Assembly: GCA_965247115.1 (NCBI GenBank)
Contig: CBDFGR010000001.1
Location: 192,001 to 256,000, forward strand
DNA: 64,000 nt
Source: Myxococcota bacterium
GTDB taxonomy: Bacteria; Myxococcota_A; UBA9160; SZUA-336
Reading direction: 5' to 3'
Of the stretch, positions 46,471 to 56,085 are shown piece after piece. The notes beneath the pieces are model-generated. The model ran no database searches. It had not been told where the DNA came from and was given only the letters and a program-made list of their open reading frames with translations. Numbering within the stretch: position 1 is the stretch's first letter; every line of letters starts with the position of its first letter. The position numbers and the translations under genes are program-made.

Positions 46471-47565
46471 ATGAGCAGCGAGCAGGCGTTCGAAGCTCCT
46501 CGAGCCGGGCGGCTCGAGTTCACATCTGACGAGCTGCTGGCGGAGGCAGCCTACGACGAGCCGCTCGACGCGGCCGGGATCCGCTGCCACGGGGGGTTTG
46601 TCGCCGGGCGCTATCAATCTCCTCGGGCGCTCTACCGTGGACCGGCAATCGCGAGCTGGCAAGCACGCCTGCGTCAAGAAGGTGAGCCCCTGCTTCACCT
46701 CCCAACCGAGTATGTCCCGCCCCACTACCCGAACTACCCCCAGGCGAAGCTCCTCTTGCAGGAAGGGATCGCACCGCCGATCGCGCGCGCCCTCACGATC
46801 ATCTCCATCGTCGAGGGCTTCGGCGCCCGCATCCGTGAGGTGCGACTGCCGGACCTGCACAGGTCGATCAAGGAGGACCTCGCCGGCACCGCCCTGGCCC
46901 ACCTGGAGGGCGGGCTGTTCGAGGCGCACGCTCGCGACGAGGCCGGCCACCGCGACCAGGGCGGACACAAGCAGATGTGGGAGGCTGCGCGCGATCTCGG
47001 ACTCGACAAGCCAGAAATTCCGGACGATGTGCTCATGCGGATGATGATGCGCGGATCTCGCCCTCCGCGGCGGCGTGCGTTTCCGGCGCTCTCGCCCCGT
47101 CTGGAGGACGCGATCACCTTCATGGCCACGGTGATGGTCCTCGAGATCTTCGCAGAGGACGTGTTCGAGTGGGCGAAGGATCTGCTCGGCGATCCGGAGG
47201 TCTCGGCAGATCCCGTCGGTGCTGCCGCGATGGTTGCGAACATCCAGGCAGACGAGAAGCCACACGTCGAGTACCTGCGCACGGCGCTCTCGGAGCTGCG
47301 CGCGCGCACCCTGATTGCCGAGGACGGCAAGACCGAGCTTCCGGGAGCGGAGGTCATCGACCGGATCTTCGAGAGCAGCCTGCGCGAGGCGGCGACGCGA
47401 CGCCCGCAGAAGGAGCGCGAGGATCTGCGGCGCGAGATTCGCGAGGCCATCAGCGATGGCCCGCGCGCCAGCGAGATCGCGAGGACCTTCGAGAACCTCG
47501 ACTCGGGCTGGGTGTTCCCGGCGCCCGATGACGAGCGTCTCGACCTGCTGCTCGAGAGCGCATGA
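46471..47565 (+). CDS. Uncharacterised ferritin-like (putative diiron) protein
   Basis: Pattern E(VEGFG)...DEAGH...E(LEIFAE)...DEKPH; RBS GGAGGAGG. Confidence 0.6.
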   Translation: MSSEQAFEAPRAGRLEFTSDELLAEAAYDEPLDAAGIRCHGGFVAGRYQSPRALYRGPAIASWQARLRQEGEPLLHLPTEYVPPHYPNYPQAKLLLQEGIAPPIARALTIISIVEGFGARIREVRLPDLHRSIKEDLAGTALAHLEGGLFEAHARDEAGHRDQGGHKQMWEAARDLGLDKPEIPDDVLMRMMMRGSRPPRRRAFPALSPRLEDAITFMATVMVLEIFAEDVFEWAKDLLGDPEVSADPVGAAAMVANIQADEKPHVEYLRTALSELRARTLIAEDGKTELPGAEVIDRIFESSLREAATRRPQKEREDLRREIREAISDGPRASEIARTFENLDSGWVFPAPDDERLDLLLESA

Positions 47566-48872
47566 CCCTGCCGCAAGAGCTCGCAGAGCGTGCCTACCGC
47601 TCGCTGCGGATCGGCTTCACCGCCCTCTGCGTCTGGCTGCGGCTGAAGCTGCCCAGAGGCTGGGATCGCCTGCGCGGCCGCGCTCGGGCCGAGCGCGACA
47701 TGACTCCCTTTCACCAGCGCAACGCCGACCAGATCTTCCGGACGGCCACGGCGCTGCGTGGGCTCCTGATCAAGATGTGTCAGGTCGTGGGCACACGTTC
47801 CGACGTGTTCCCGCCCGCCTACGTGCAAACGCTCTCGCAAGCCCAGGACCGTCTGCCGCCGCGCTCCTTCGAGGAGATCCGCGGCGTCGTGGAAGGGGAC
47901 TTCCAGAAGCCCCTCGACGCGCTCTTCGCGGACTTCGAGCAGCAGCCGGTCGCCGCCGCATCTCTTGCCCAGGTGCATCGGGCCAAGCTCCTGGATGGGC
48001 GGGGCGTCGCCGTGAAGGTCCAGTACTCCGACATCGAGCACATCGTGCGCACCGACCTCGCCGCGACGCGGCGCATCTGCCGGCTGTACGAACGCCTGGA
48101 CCCACAGCCACTCGAGCTGTTGCCGCTGCTCGACGAGATGCAGAAGCATCTCGAGCTCGAGCTCGACTTCCGCCGCGAGGTGGAGAGCGCGGATCGGGTT
48201 CGTGAGCTCTTCCAGGGGGACGACCGAGTGATCATCCCGAAGATCCACTACGAGCTCTCGACACGGCGGGTCATCACGATGGAGTTCGTGAGCGGGATCA
48301 AGGTGACCGAGAAGGAGCAGCTCCTCGCCGCGGGGATCGACCCACGCGCCGTCGTCGACGGGCTGATGACGATCTACAACCAGATGATTCTCGCCTACGG
48401 CTTCTTCCAGGCGGATCCCCATCCGGGGAACATCTTCGTCCAGCCCGGGCCGCGCTTCGTGATCCTCGACTTCGGACTCTCGAAGCAGCTGCCCCGCGGC
48501 TTCGGCCTCGGCATCTTCGAGCTGATGTTCTCGATGATGACGCTGAACGAGTCGGCCATGGTGCGGGCGTTCAACGAGCTCGGCTTCCGCACGAAGACGG
48601 GGGACTCGAATACGTACCTGGAGATGGCGCATCGGATGATCGACGCATCCGACGGAGGGACGTTCCGCGGCGAGTTCACGGAGGAGATGACGGACGAGCT
48701 CTTCCAGGCGATCCGCGAGAACCCGATCGTGGAGGTGCCGACGGACTTCGTGCTCGTGGCGCGTGCGTTCTCGCTGCTGTCGGGGATCGCTCATACGCTG
48801 GGGCACCGGGCGAACGTGCTCGAGACCATGGGTGGGGGCGGAGCTAGCAGCGCTGCTTCTGGGGGGGAGTAG
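47562..48872 (+). CDS. ABC1/AarF/UbiB-family atypical kinase
   Basis: IKMCQ, AAASLAQVHRA, VAVKVQY, ELDF..E, FQADPHPGN, LDFG. Confidence 0.93.
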   Translation: MTLPQELAERAYRSLRIGFTALCVWLRLKLPRGWDRLRGRARAERDMTPFHQRNADQIFRTATALRGLLIKMCQVVGTRSDVFPPAYVQTLSQAQDRLPPRSFEEIRGVVEGDFQKPLDALFADFEQQPVAAASLAQVHRAKLLDGRGVAVKVQYSDIEHIVRTDLAATRRICRLYERLDPQPLELLPLLDEMQKHLELELDFRREVESADRVRELFQGDDRVIIPKIHYELSTRRVITMEFVSGIKVTEKEQLLAAGIDPRAVVDGLMTIYNQMILAYGFFQADPHPGNIFVQPGPRFVILDFGLSKQLPRGFGLGIFELMFSMMTLNESAMVRAFNELGFRTKTGDSNTYLEMAHRMIDASDGGTFRGEFTEEMTDELFQAIRENPIVEVPTDFVLVARAFSLLSGIAHTLGHRANVLETMGGGGASSAASGGE

Positions 48873-48892
48873 CGGACTTCCTAGGCAGGGGC

Positions 48893-49012
48893 GGGCGTCG
48901 GAGGTCGGGATCTTCCGCCGCCGGACAACGCTCCTTGCGTTCTCGGGGATTGGGGTCGCCTCGGGAACCGCTAACACTGTCCGGCGGGGGAAGATCCCGA
49001 CCTCCGACGCCC
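48893..49012. repeat. 120-bp inverted repeat (35-bp arms, 1 mismatch, 50-nt spacer), REPIN/MITE-like
   Basis: GGGCGTCGGAGGTCGGGATCTTCCGCCGCCGGACA (48893-48927) / TGTCCGGCGGGGGAAGATCCCGACCTCCGACGCCC (48978-49012). Confidence 0.85.
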
Positions 49013-49097
49013 TGATGCCACTCGGGGTCTCCTGCGGTTTCCACTCGGGGTGACGCGGTGTAGACTCCTTGGTGGCTTTTGTTTGGAGGATCCCCCT

Positions 49098-50483
49098 TTG
49101 GCCGGAATTACTCGTTACGGGAGCTATGTCCCCTACTTTCGCCTGACCAGAGCCGCTATCGGTGGCGGGCAGGGGGAGCGGGCCGTGGCGAGCTACGACG
49201 AGGACTCCGTCTCGATGGCGGTCGAGGCGGCGCGCGACGCGGTTCGGGGCGCGCCCGCTGTCGACGCCGTGATCCTCGCGACTACCAGCCCGCCGTATGC
49301 CGAGAAGTTGAACGCGGCGATGTTGCAGGCCGCGCTTGACCTGCCCTCTGGAGTGCGATCGCTCGAGCTCGGCGCTTCCTCGCGCATGGGGCTGGCGGCG
49401 CTGCTGCTCGGGGCAGACATCGCGACTGCGGGGGATCGCGCACTCGTGTGCGCGTCAGACGTGATCATCGGTGCGCCGGGTGGAGCACGCGAAAGTCAGA
49501 GTGGGGACGCGGCGGTCGCGTTCCTGACGGGGGGCGATGATGAGGCCGTTGCACGCTTCATCGGGCGCGCGTCGGCCACCACCGAGGTGCTCGATGTATG
49601 GCGGCTCCCCGAGGACGCTTTCGCGAAGCAGTGGGAAGAGCGGTTCGGGGCGAGCATTCTCGGGCCGGTGCTGAACGACACGGCGACCCGGGCGCTGCAG
49701 GCCTCGGGTGTCGAGCCGACCGATCTCAAGACGGTGATCGCCGACTCGACGAACGCGCGAGCGACGGCCGGGCTGCCACGAGCCCTTGGGCTCAAGCCGG
49801 AGCAGCTCGCAGATAACCTGGCGGCTGGTGTCGGGCGCTGCGGCGTCGCGCACGCAGGCCTGCTGCTCGCACGCGCGCTCGACGAGGCGAGCCCTGGCGA
49901 TCGGATCCTGGTGCTCTCCGCAGGAGATGGCTGCGACGCGGTGGTGCTCGAGGTGACGGAGCGGATCGCCAGTGGTCGTCCGCGCCACAGTGTGAACGGG
50001 TGGATCGCGTCCCATCGCAACGATCTCCCGTACAACTCGTATCTCAAGTGGCGTGGGATCCTGCCTTTCGAGCCGCCCCGGCGGCCGGATCCGGACCGGC
50101 CGGGCGCCCCGCCGATCGCACGCTCCTATTCGTGGAAGTACGCGTTCGTCGGCTCGCGCTGCGAGGAGTGCGGCGCGGGTCACCTCCCGCCGCAGCGCGT
50201 CTGTGTCAAGTGTGCGGCGGTCGATCGCATGAAGCGGGAGCCGTACGCGGACACACCGGGGAAGATCGCGACCTACACCTTCGATCACCTGGCCTACTCG
50301 ATGCAGCCCCCGGTGGTGGCGGCGATCGTGGACTACGAGGGCGGCGGCCGCCTGAGCTGTGAGCTGACCGACGTCGACCCCCAGGATGTCGAGATCGGAA
50401 ACGAGTTGGAGATGACCTTTCGACGCCTCTACACAGGGCAGGGCGTACACAATTACTTCTGGAAGGCGCGCCCGCGGCGCTAG
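49098..50483 (+). CDS. HMG-CoA-synthase-like domain fused to DUF35 Zn-ribbon/OB-fold
   Basis: YGSYVP..RL, DEDSVSMAVEAA, GDAAVA; C-terminal CEECG...PP..VC.KC and OB-fold; TTG start after GGAGG. Confidence 0.85.
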   Translation: MAGITRYGSYVPYFRLTRAAIGGGQGERAVASYDEDSVSMAVEAARDAVRGAPAVDAVILATTSPPYAEKLNAAMLQAALDLPSGVRSLELGASSRMGLAALLLGADIATAGDRALVCASDVIIGAPGGARESQSGDAAVAFLTGGDDEAVARFIGRASATTEVLDVWRLPEDAFAKQWEERFGASILGPVLNDTATRALQASGVEPTDLKTVIADSTNARATAGLPRALGLKPEQLADNLAAGVGRCGVAHAGLLLARALDEASPGDRILVLSAGDGCDAVVLEVTERIASGRPRHSVNGWIASHRNDLPYNSYLKWRGILPFEPPRRPDPDRPGAPPIARSYSWKYAFVGSRCEECGAGHLPPQRVCVKCAAVDRMKREPYADTPGKIATYTFDHLAYSMQPPVVAAIVDYEGGGRLSCELTDVDPQDVEIGNELEMTFRRLYTGQGVHNYFWKARPRR

Positions 50484-50495
50484 AGGAGCAACGGT

Positions 50496-51671
50496 ATGGC
50501 GAGCAAAGGGATTTGCGATCGCGTGGCCATCGTCGGGATGGGCTGCACGCCTTTCGGCGAGCACTGGGACAAGGGAGCGGATGACCTGCTGGTCGATGCC
50601 GGTACCGAGGCGTTCCAATCGGCGCAAGTCGATGCGGATACGGTGGACGCCTACTGGCTCGGAACCGCGGGCAGTGGGAGCTCGGGCATCATGCTGTCCG
50701 AAGCCCTCAAGCTCCCCTACAAGCCGGTCAGCCGGCTCGAGAACATGTGCGCGACGGGGAGCGAGGCGATGCGCAACGCGGCGTACGCTGTGGCGAGCGG
50801 TGCCTACGACCTGGTCATGGCGATCGGCGTGGAGAAGCTCAAGGACTCCGGCTTCTCTGGCTTGACCGGCAGCAGGCCTCCGTCCGACGGAACGCAGTCG
50901 AGCATGACGGCGCCGGCCACGTTCTCGCTGCTCGCTCCCGCCTACGCCAAGAAGTACGGCGTGGACGAGGAGACGCTGCGCGAGGTGCTGACGCGAATCG
51001 CCTGGAAGAACCACAAGAACGGTGCAAAGAACCCGAAGGCGCAGTTCCAGAAGGAGGTTTCCAAGGAGAAGATCGAGGCTTCGCCGAAGGTTGCGGGCAT
51101 GCTCGGCATCTTCGACTGCTCGGGGGTGAGCGACGGCTCTGCCGCCGCTATTCTGTGTCGGGCCGAAGACGCGCATCGCTACACGGACCATCCGATCTTC
51201 ATCAAGGCGCTGTCGTTCGTGGCGGGGCCCTCCGAGGGATACTTCAGCCAGGACTACGATTTCACGACCTTCCCGGAGGTGGTGGCGAGCGCAGAGGACG
51301 CCTACAAGCAGGCCGGCGTCACGAACCCGCGCGACGAGATCAGCATGGCCGAGGTGCATGACTGCTTCACGCCGACGGAGCTCGTGCTGATGGAGGACAT
51401 GGGGTTCTCGCCGCGGGGCCAGGCCTGGAAGGACGTCCTGGAGGGGCGCTTCGACGGCGACGGCCCCCAGCCCATCAACGTCGACGGCGGCCTGAAGAGC
51501 TTCGGACATCCGATCGGGGCCAGCGGACTGCGAATGATGTACGAGATGTGGCTGCAGCTGCGCGGCGAAGCGGGCGAGCGCCAGATCGCCGATCCTCAGC
51601 TCGGCGTGACGCACAACCTGGGCGGGGCCCCGGGACGCTGCGTGAGCTTCGTCTCCATCGTCGGGAAGTAG
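50496..51671 (+). CDS. Thiolase family protein (SCP2/PhlC-like)
   Basis: [41 protein letters not shown]. Confidence 0.92.
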   Translation: MASKGICDRVAIVGMGCTPFGEHWDKGADDLLVDAGTEAFQSAQVDADTVDAYWLGTAGSGSSGIMLSEALKLPYKPVSRLENMCATGSEAMRNAAYAVASGAYDLVMAIGVEKLKDSGFSGLTGSRPPSDGTQSSMTAPATFSLLAPAYAKKYGVDEETLREVLTRIAWKNHKNGAKNPKAQFQKEVSKEKIEASPKVAGMLGIFDCSGVSDGSAAAILCRAEDAHRYTDHPIFIKALSFVAGPSEGYFSQDYDFTTFPEVVASAEDAYKQAGVTNPRDEISMAEVHDCFTPTELVLMEDMGFSPRGQAWKDVLEGRFDGDGPQPINVDGGLKSFGHPIGASGLRMMYEMWLQLRGEAGERQIADPQLGVTHNLGGAPGRCVSFVSIVGK

Positions 51672-51687
51672 CGCCAAGCCAGCGTCC

Positions 51688-52245
51688 GTGAAGTTCACGA
51701 AAACGGAGCTGCCGGGAGTCATCCTGGTCGAGCCAGACGTCTATCGCGACGCCCGCGGCTTCCTGTTTGAGTCCTACCACGCCGAAAAGTACGCCGAGGG
51801 GGGAATCCGGGAGCGCTTCGTCCAGGACAACCACTCGCTCTCGGAGCGCGGCACCCTGAGAGGCATCCACGTCCAGCTGGCTCGGTTGCAGGGAAAGCTC
51901 GTGCGGGTGATCGAGGGCGAGGTCCTGGACGTCGCTCTCGACATCCGCAGGGGCTCCCCGAGCTTCGCCAAGCACACGAGTGTCGTGCTGTCGGCGGAGA
52001 GCTTCCGCCAGCTGTACATCCCGCCGGGCTTCGCGCACGCGTTCCTCGTCACGAGCGAGACGGCCCAGGTCGAGTACAAGTGCACGGACCACTACGACCC
52101 GTCTAGCGATATCTCGATCGCCTGGAACGATCCAGACCTTGCCATTGCGTGGCCGATCTCCGATCCCATCCTGTCGAGCCGGGACGCGGCGGCACCGCAG
52201 CTGCGGGACCTCGTCGACCGGCTGCCCGTCTACACCCCGGCCTGA
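51688..52245 (+). CDS. rmlC: dTDP-4-dehydrorhamnose 3,5-epimerase
   Basis: DARGF, FVQDNHS.S, LRG.H, QGKLVRV, PGFAH, YKC. Confidence 0.95.
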   Translation: MKFTKTELPGVILVEPDVYRDARGFLFESYHAEKYAEGGIRERFVQDNHSLSERGTLRGIHVQLARLQGKLVRVIEGEVLDVALDIRRGSPSFAKHTSVVLSAESFRQLYIPPGFAHAFLVTSETAQVEYKCTDHYDPSSDISIAWNDPDLAIAWPISDPILSSRDAAAPQLRDLVDRLPVYTPA

Positions 52246-52255
52246 CGCGCCCGGC

Positions 52256-53122
52256 TCAGGGTTGCCGAGCCAGGGCCTCGAGCCAGGCCAGCCAGATCGT
52301 GGCCGCAGTGGCCAGCAGACCGAGGGTCTGAACCACGACGCCGGGCGAGCGTGTCAGGATTCGCGCGAACAGGACTCCGAGCAGGGTCCCCACGGCCAGA
52401 CCGGAAGCGTGTGCCGCCATGTCCGAACGCTCCCCGGTCCCGAGCATTGCAAGCAGACCGATCCCAGCGGCGAGCGCGAGCCACGCCGGCGCGGAGCGCG
52501 AGCGCAGGGAGCGGCGGCGCACGAACTGCTGCCCGCACAGGATGCCGACCGCGCCGAACACCGCCGTCGACGCGCCCACCGCCACGTGCCCCGACCCGTG
52601 GACCGCGGCACTCGCGGCGTTCCCGATCGCCCCGGAGAGCAGGATCAGCATCGACCCCAACCCTGGTCCGAGCGACGCGCACACCGCGGTCGCAAAGATC
52701 GCGAGCGCGGCCACGTTGCCGAGCAGATGCGGCAGATCCATGTGGAGCGTCAGCGCTGTCACCGTTCGCCACCACTCTCCCTCGAAGATGCGGTCCGACA
52801 CGGAGCTGCCGAACACGAACCAGCTACCGCGTGGGTCGTACGGGCCTGTCACCAGGAAGAACGCGGCCACGCCGATGGCCAGTGCGACCCCCGCGCGTGT
52901 GGAGCCGTAGTGGAGGGCTGCTTTGCGCCCAGTCTCCTCGGCCAGGTCGTCGTCGTAGTCCGCGAGTACCTGCTCCGCCTCTACCGCGCGTTCACTGGGG
53001 ACGGCGACGACCCAACTCCCGCCGCTCTTCGCGACCTGCGAAGGGATCCCCTGCGAAGAGAGGGCCAGACTCCAGGCTAACGCCGTCGATTGGTCGGGTG
53101 CGCGCCGCAGTGGTTCGTCCAC
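52256..53122 (-). CDS. Rhomboid family intramembrane serine protease
   Basis: GEWWR, H....H..GN, VGAS.AVFG, AH..G; start uncertain. Confidence 0.88.
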   Translation of the reverse strand: MDEPLRRAPDQSTALAWSLALSSQGIPSQVAKSGGSWVVAVPSERAVEAEQVLADYDDDLAEETGRKAALHYGSTRAGVALAIGVAAFFLVTGPYDPRGSWFVFGSSVSDRIFEGEWWRTVTALTLHMDLPHLLGNVAALAIFATAVCASLGPGLGSMLILLSGAIGNAASAAVHGSGHVAVGASTAVFGAVGILCGQQFVRRRSLRSRSAPAWLALAAGIGLLAMLGTGERSDMAAHASGLAVGTLLGVLFARILTRSPGVVVQTLGLLATAATIWLAWLEALARQP

Positions 53123-53174
53123 TCCTGATACAATCGCACAACTGGCTCGCGCCGCAGCCGTTGCTGGAGGGAAC

Positions 53175-54107
53175 ATGCCACTCGATCCGCAGATAAAGGC
53201 CGTCCTCGAGGCGATGAGTGCTCTGGCCATGCCGAGCCTCTCCACTGTGCCCCCTGACGTCATGCGCAAGGCCTTCGAAGAGCAGCGCAGTGCGAGGCCA
53301 GAGGGCGATTCCGTGGCAAAGGTCATCGATCGGCAGATTCCCGGACCGGATGGGAAACTGACGGTGCGCGTCTACTCGCCTTTCGGAGCCGGGCCCTTCC
53401 CGGTGCTCACCTACTTTCACGGCGGCGGGTTCGTGCTCTGTGACCTGGACTCGCACGACAGCACGTGTCGCGGCCTCACCAACGCGGCGCAATGCGTGGT
53501 GGTGTCCGTGGACTACCGGCTCGCGCCAGAGGCCCCGTTCCCCGCGGCACCAGAGGATTGCTACGCGGCAACGCGCTGGGTAGCGGAGAACGCGCCCGAG
53601 CTCGACGGGGATCCCGCGCGGCATGCCGTAGCAGGTGACAGCGCAGGAGGGAACCTCGCCGCGGTGGTGGCGCTCATGGCACGAGATCGGGGCGGCCCTG
53701 CGCTCGTGCACCAGCTGCTCATTTACCCGGTCACGGACCACTCCTTCGACACGCCCTCGTATCTCGACAACGCAGAGGGCTACTTCCTCACGCGCGAGAT
53801 GATGCAGTGGTTCTGGGGGCACTACCTAAAGAGCGAGGCTGACGGGATGCAGGCGCTGGCATCCCCGCTGTGCGCCGACGACCTCTCCAATCTACCGTCC
53901 GCGACCGTGATCACCGCGGAGTTCGACCCGCTACGCGACGAAGGGGAGGCATACGCGGCGCGCCTCGAAGCGTCGGGCGTGCCGACGGAGCTCGTCCGCT
54001 ACGAGGGCATGATCCACGGCTTTTTCGGCATGACCGATACCGTGGATCGTGCCAAGGAAGCCGTCGCGCAGTCTGGTCGTGCCCTGCGCCGCGCGTTTGG
54101 AGCCTGA
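53175..54107 (+). CDS. Alpha/beta hydrolase (HSL-family esterase/lipase)
   Basis: HGGG, YRLAPE, GDSAGGNL, DPLRDEG, HGF. Confidence 0.95.
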   Translation: MPLDPQIKAVLEAMSALAMPSLSTVPPDVMRKAFEEQRSARPEGDSVAKVIDRQIPGPDGKLTVRVYSPFGAGPFPVLTYFHGGGFVLCDLDSHDSTCRGLTNAAQCVVVSVDYRLAPEAPFPAAPEDCYAATRWVAENAPELDGDPARHAVAGDSAGGNLAAVVALMARDRGGPALVHQLLIYPVTDHSFDTPSYLDNAEGYFLTREMMQWFWGHYLKSEADGMQALASPLCADDLSNLPSATVITAEFDPLRDEGEAYAARLEASGVPTELVRYEGMIHGFFGMTDTVDRAKEAVAQSGRALRRAFGA

Positions 54108-54122
54108 CAGGAGAGAGAACGC

Positions 54123-55178
54123 ATGGACGTTCCGCGGGGCATCCACTACGCGAACGTCAGCCGCTTCTTCCGGGAACACGTACCGGGTGGCGACCGCGAG
54201 CTCACCTTCGAGCAGATCAGCGGGGGGCGCTCGAACATCACCTACCTGGTGCGCGGGGGTGGCGCGGAATGGGTCCTGCGGCGTCCGCCCCTGGGCCACG
54301 TGCTGCCCACCGCTCACGACATGGCCCGCGAATACCGCGTGCTGACCGCCCTTCGAGATACGAACGTGCCCGTTCCCCACACGCATGCGCTGTGCGAGGA
54401 CGGCGCTGTGAACGACATGCCGTTCTATGTGATGGAGTACTGCCCCGGGATCGTCCTCGCGAACGACATTCCGGCCGGCTATGCCGAGAGCCACGACGAG
54501 CGCCGCCATATCAGCCTGAACCTGGTCGAGACGCTGACCCGGCTCCACGCGGTGGACTACCAGCAGGTCGGTCTCGGGGATTTCGGGCATCCGAAGGGCT
54601 ACATCGAGCGGCAGGTACGCCGCTGGTCGCAGCAGTGGGAGCGCTCGAAGACCGGCGAGCTGCCGGAGATCGAGGATCTGATCGTGCGCCTGCGCGCGGC
54701 CCTGCCCGAGTCACCCCAGCCCACGATCGTGCACGGCGACTATCGACTCGGAAACATGGCGCTCGACCCGAACGACTCGAGCCGCATCGTCGCCATCTTT
54801 GACTGGGAGATGGCCACTCTCGGTGACCCGCTCGCGGATCTCGGCTACACACTGATCTGCTGGTACGAGGAAGAAGACCTCCGGACCGATGCGCTACCCA
54901 GCGTCACTGCGCGTCCCGGCTTCCTCAAGCGCGCGGACCTGATCGAGGAGTACGCGAAGCGGAGCGGTCGTGACGTCTCCGCGATCGACTTCTATCAGGT
55001 GCTCGCCCTGTACAAGCTCGCGATCATCAGCGAGGGAATCTACGCGCGCTACCTCCAGGGCAAAACTCTCGGCAAGGACTTCGAGGGCATGAAGCGCGCC
55101 GCCGGCCCCACCGCCCAGCGAGCCATCGACATCGCGAACAGCTCCTCAGACCGCCGCCTCCGAGGAACCGCGCACTAG
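54123..55178 (+). CDS. APH-like phosphotransferase (ACAD10/11 kinase-like family)
   Basis: GGRSN.TY, VLRRPP, AHDM.RE, HGDYRLGN, DWEMATLGDPLADL. Confidence 0.9.
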   Translation: MDVPRGIHYANVSRFFREHVPGGDRELTFEQISGGRSNITYLVRGGGAEWVLRRPPLGHVLPTAHDMAREYRVLTALRDTNVPVPHTHALCEDGAVNDMPFYVMEYCPGIVLANDIPAGYAESHDERRHISLNLVETLTRLHAVDYQQVGLGDFGHPKGYIERQVRRWSQQWERSKTGELPEIEDLIVRLRAALPESPQPTIVHGDYRLGNMALDPNDSSRIVAIFDWEMATLGDPLADLGYTLICWYEEEDLRTDALPSVTARPGFLKRADLIEEYAKRSGRDVSAIDFYQVLALYKLAIISEGIYARYLQGKTLGKDFEGMKRAAGPTAQRAIDIANSSSDRRLRGTAH

Positions 55179-55214
55179 CGGAGAATCTCTAAAGGCGCGA
55201 TAGCGAGAGGGACC

Positions 55215-55907
55215 TCAGGGCGAGGCGCGCGCTTCTCCGGGCACATCTAACGGATCGAGCAACCCATGGCGCCGCCAACCCTCGGCGAGCAGCCACGTAC
55301 GTGCGGCGGCAACTGACCGAGGCCCCAGACGATGCTCGACTCGCGCAGCACCTCTCTTCCAGCCGGAAAACCAGCGCCCCGAGGAGGCGCGATCCAGCGT
55401 CTCGCGCGTAGCGCCGTGATGGCGGGCCGCGTTGAGCAGCACATACCGGATCGCATTCCGGACCTCGCGCGGCGTCTTCAGCACCCGCATGTGGTAGCGA
55501 TCCGCCAGCAGCCCACCACGCCACCCGAACGCCCGCCACATCGCCCAGACCATCCTCCTACCGAGGGACTTCATCCCCCGACCGAGCGCAGCCCGATCCT
55601 TCGTCTCGACGATAAGGTGCGCGTAATCCCGCAAAAGCGCGTAGTGCACCACCCGAAACTCTCCACGGTCGCAACCCCGCGCCAGCGTCTCCTCGAACGC
55701 CCGCACGAAGACCGGAGCTCGCAACAACGGAGCCCCTTCGCGCACCCGCAGCGTCACGTGACACGGATGCCTCGACGCGAGACTCAGCCGACTTCGGTGG
55801 CGAACCAGCGGATTCGCCCCAGGCTTGCGTCCCGCCCCCTCGCGCCGCCCGCGACGACGCGCCAGAGGCCGTAGATGAAGCGAGAGCTGTCGATCTGACT
55901 TTCTCAT
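55215..55907 (-). mobile_element. REP-associated tyrosine (Y1/HUH) transposase-like gene, HUH motif altered
   Basis: P.HVTLR, DYAHLIVE (HUH position), DRYH...L, RYVLLN, SSG.WF. Confidence 0.8.
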
Positions 55908-56085
55908 CTATTCACCAATTGGTGTAGATTAGGGCTTTCTAAGACCGGGCTCTCCTGCGAGCCCGTGTCTCGAAGCTAAGGGCATTGAAGGGAACAGAGA
56001 AGCCGGAAGGCCGGCTACTCGAACGGTCTTCGCTCGCGAGTTCCTGCTTCGGCTGGGGTTCGGTGGAAGGAAGAGCGGGGGAGGG

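Noticed and set aside
46734..51722. Very long antisense ORFs (747 aa, 755 aa and similar ones across the window)
   Set aside because: Shadow ORFs expected from high-GC codon bias opposite well-supported genes; no recognisable motifs
54123..55178. Aminoglycoside phosphotransferase resistance gene
   Set aside because: Motifs (LRRPP, AHDM.RE) fit the acyl-CoA-dehydrogenase-associated kinase family, and it follows a lipase gene
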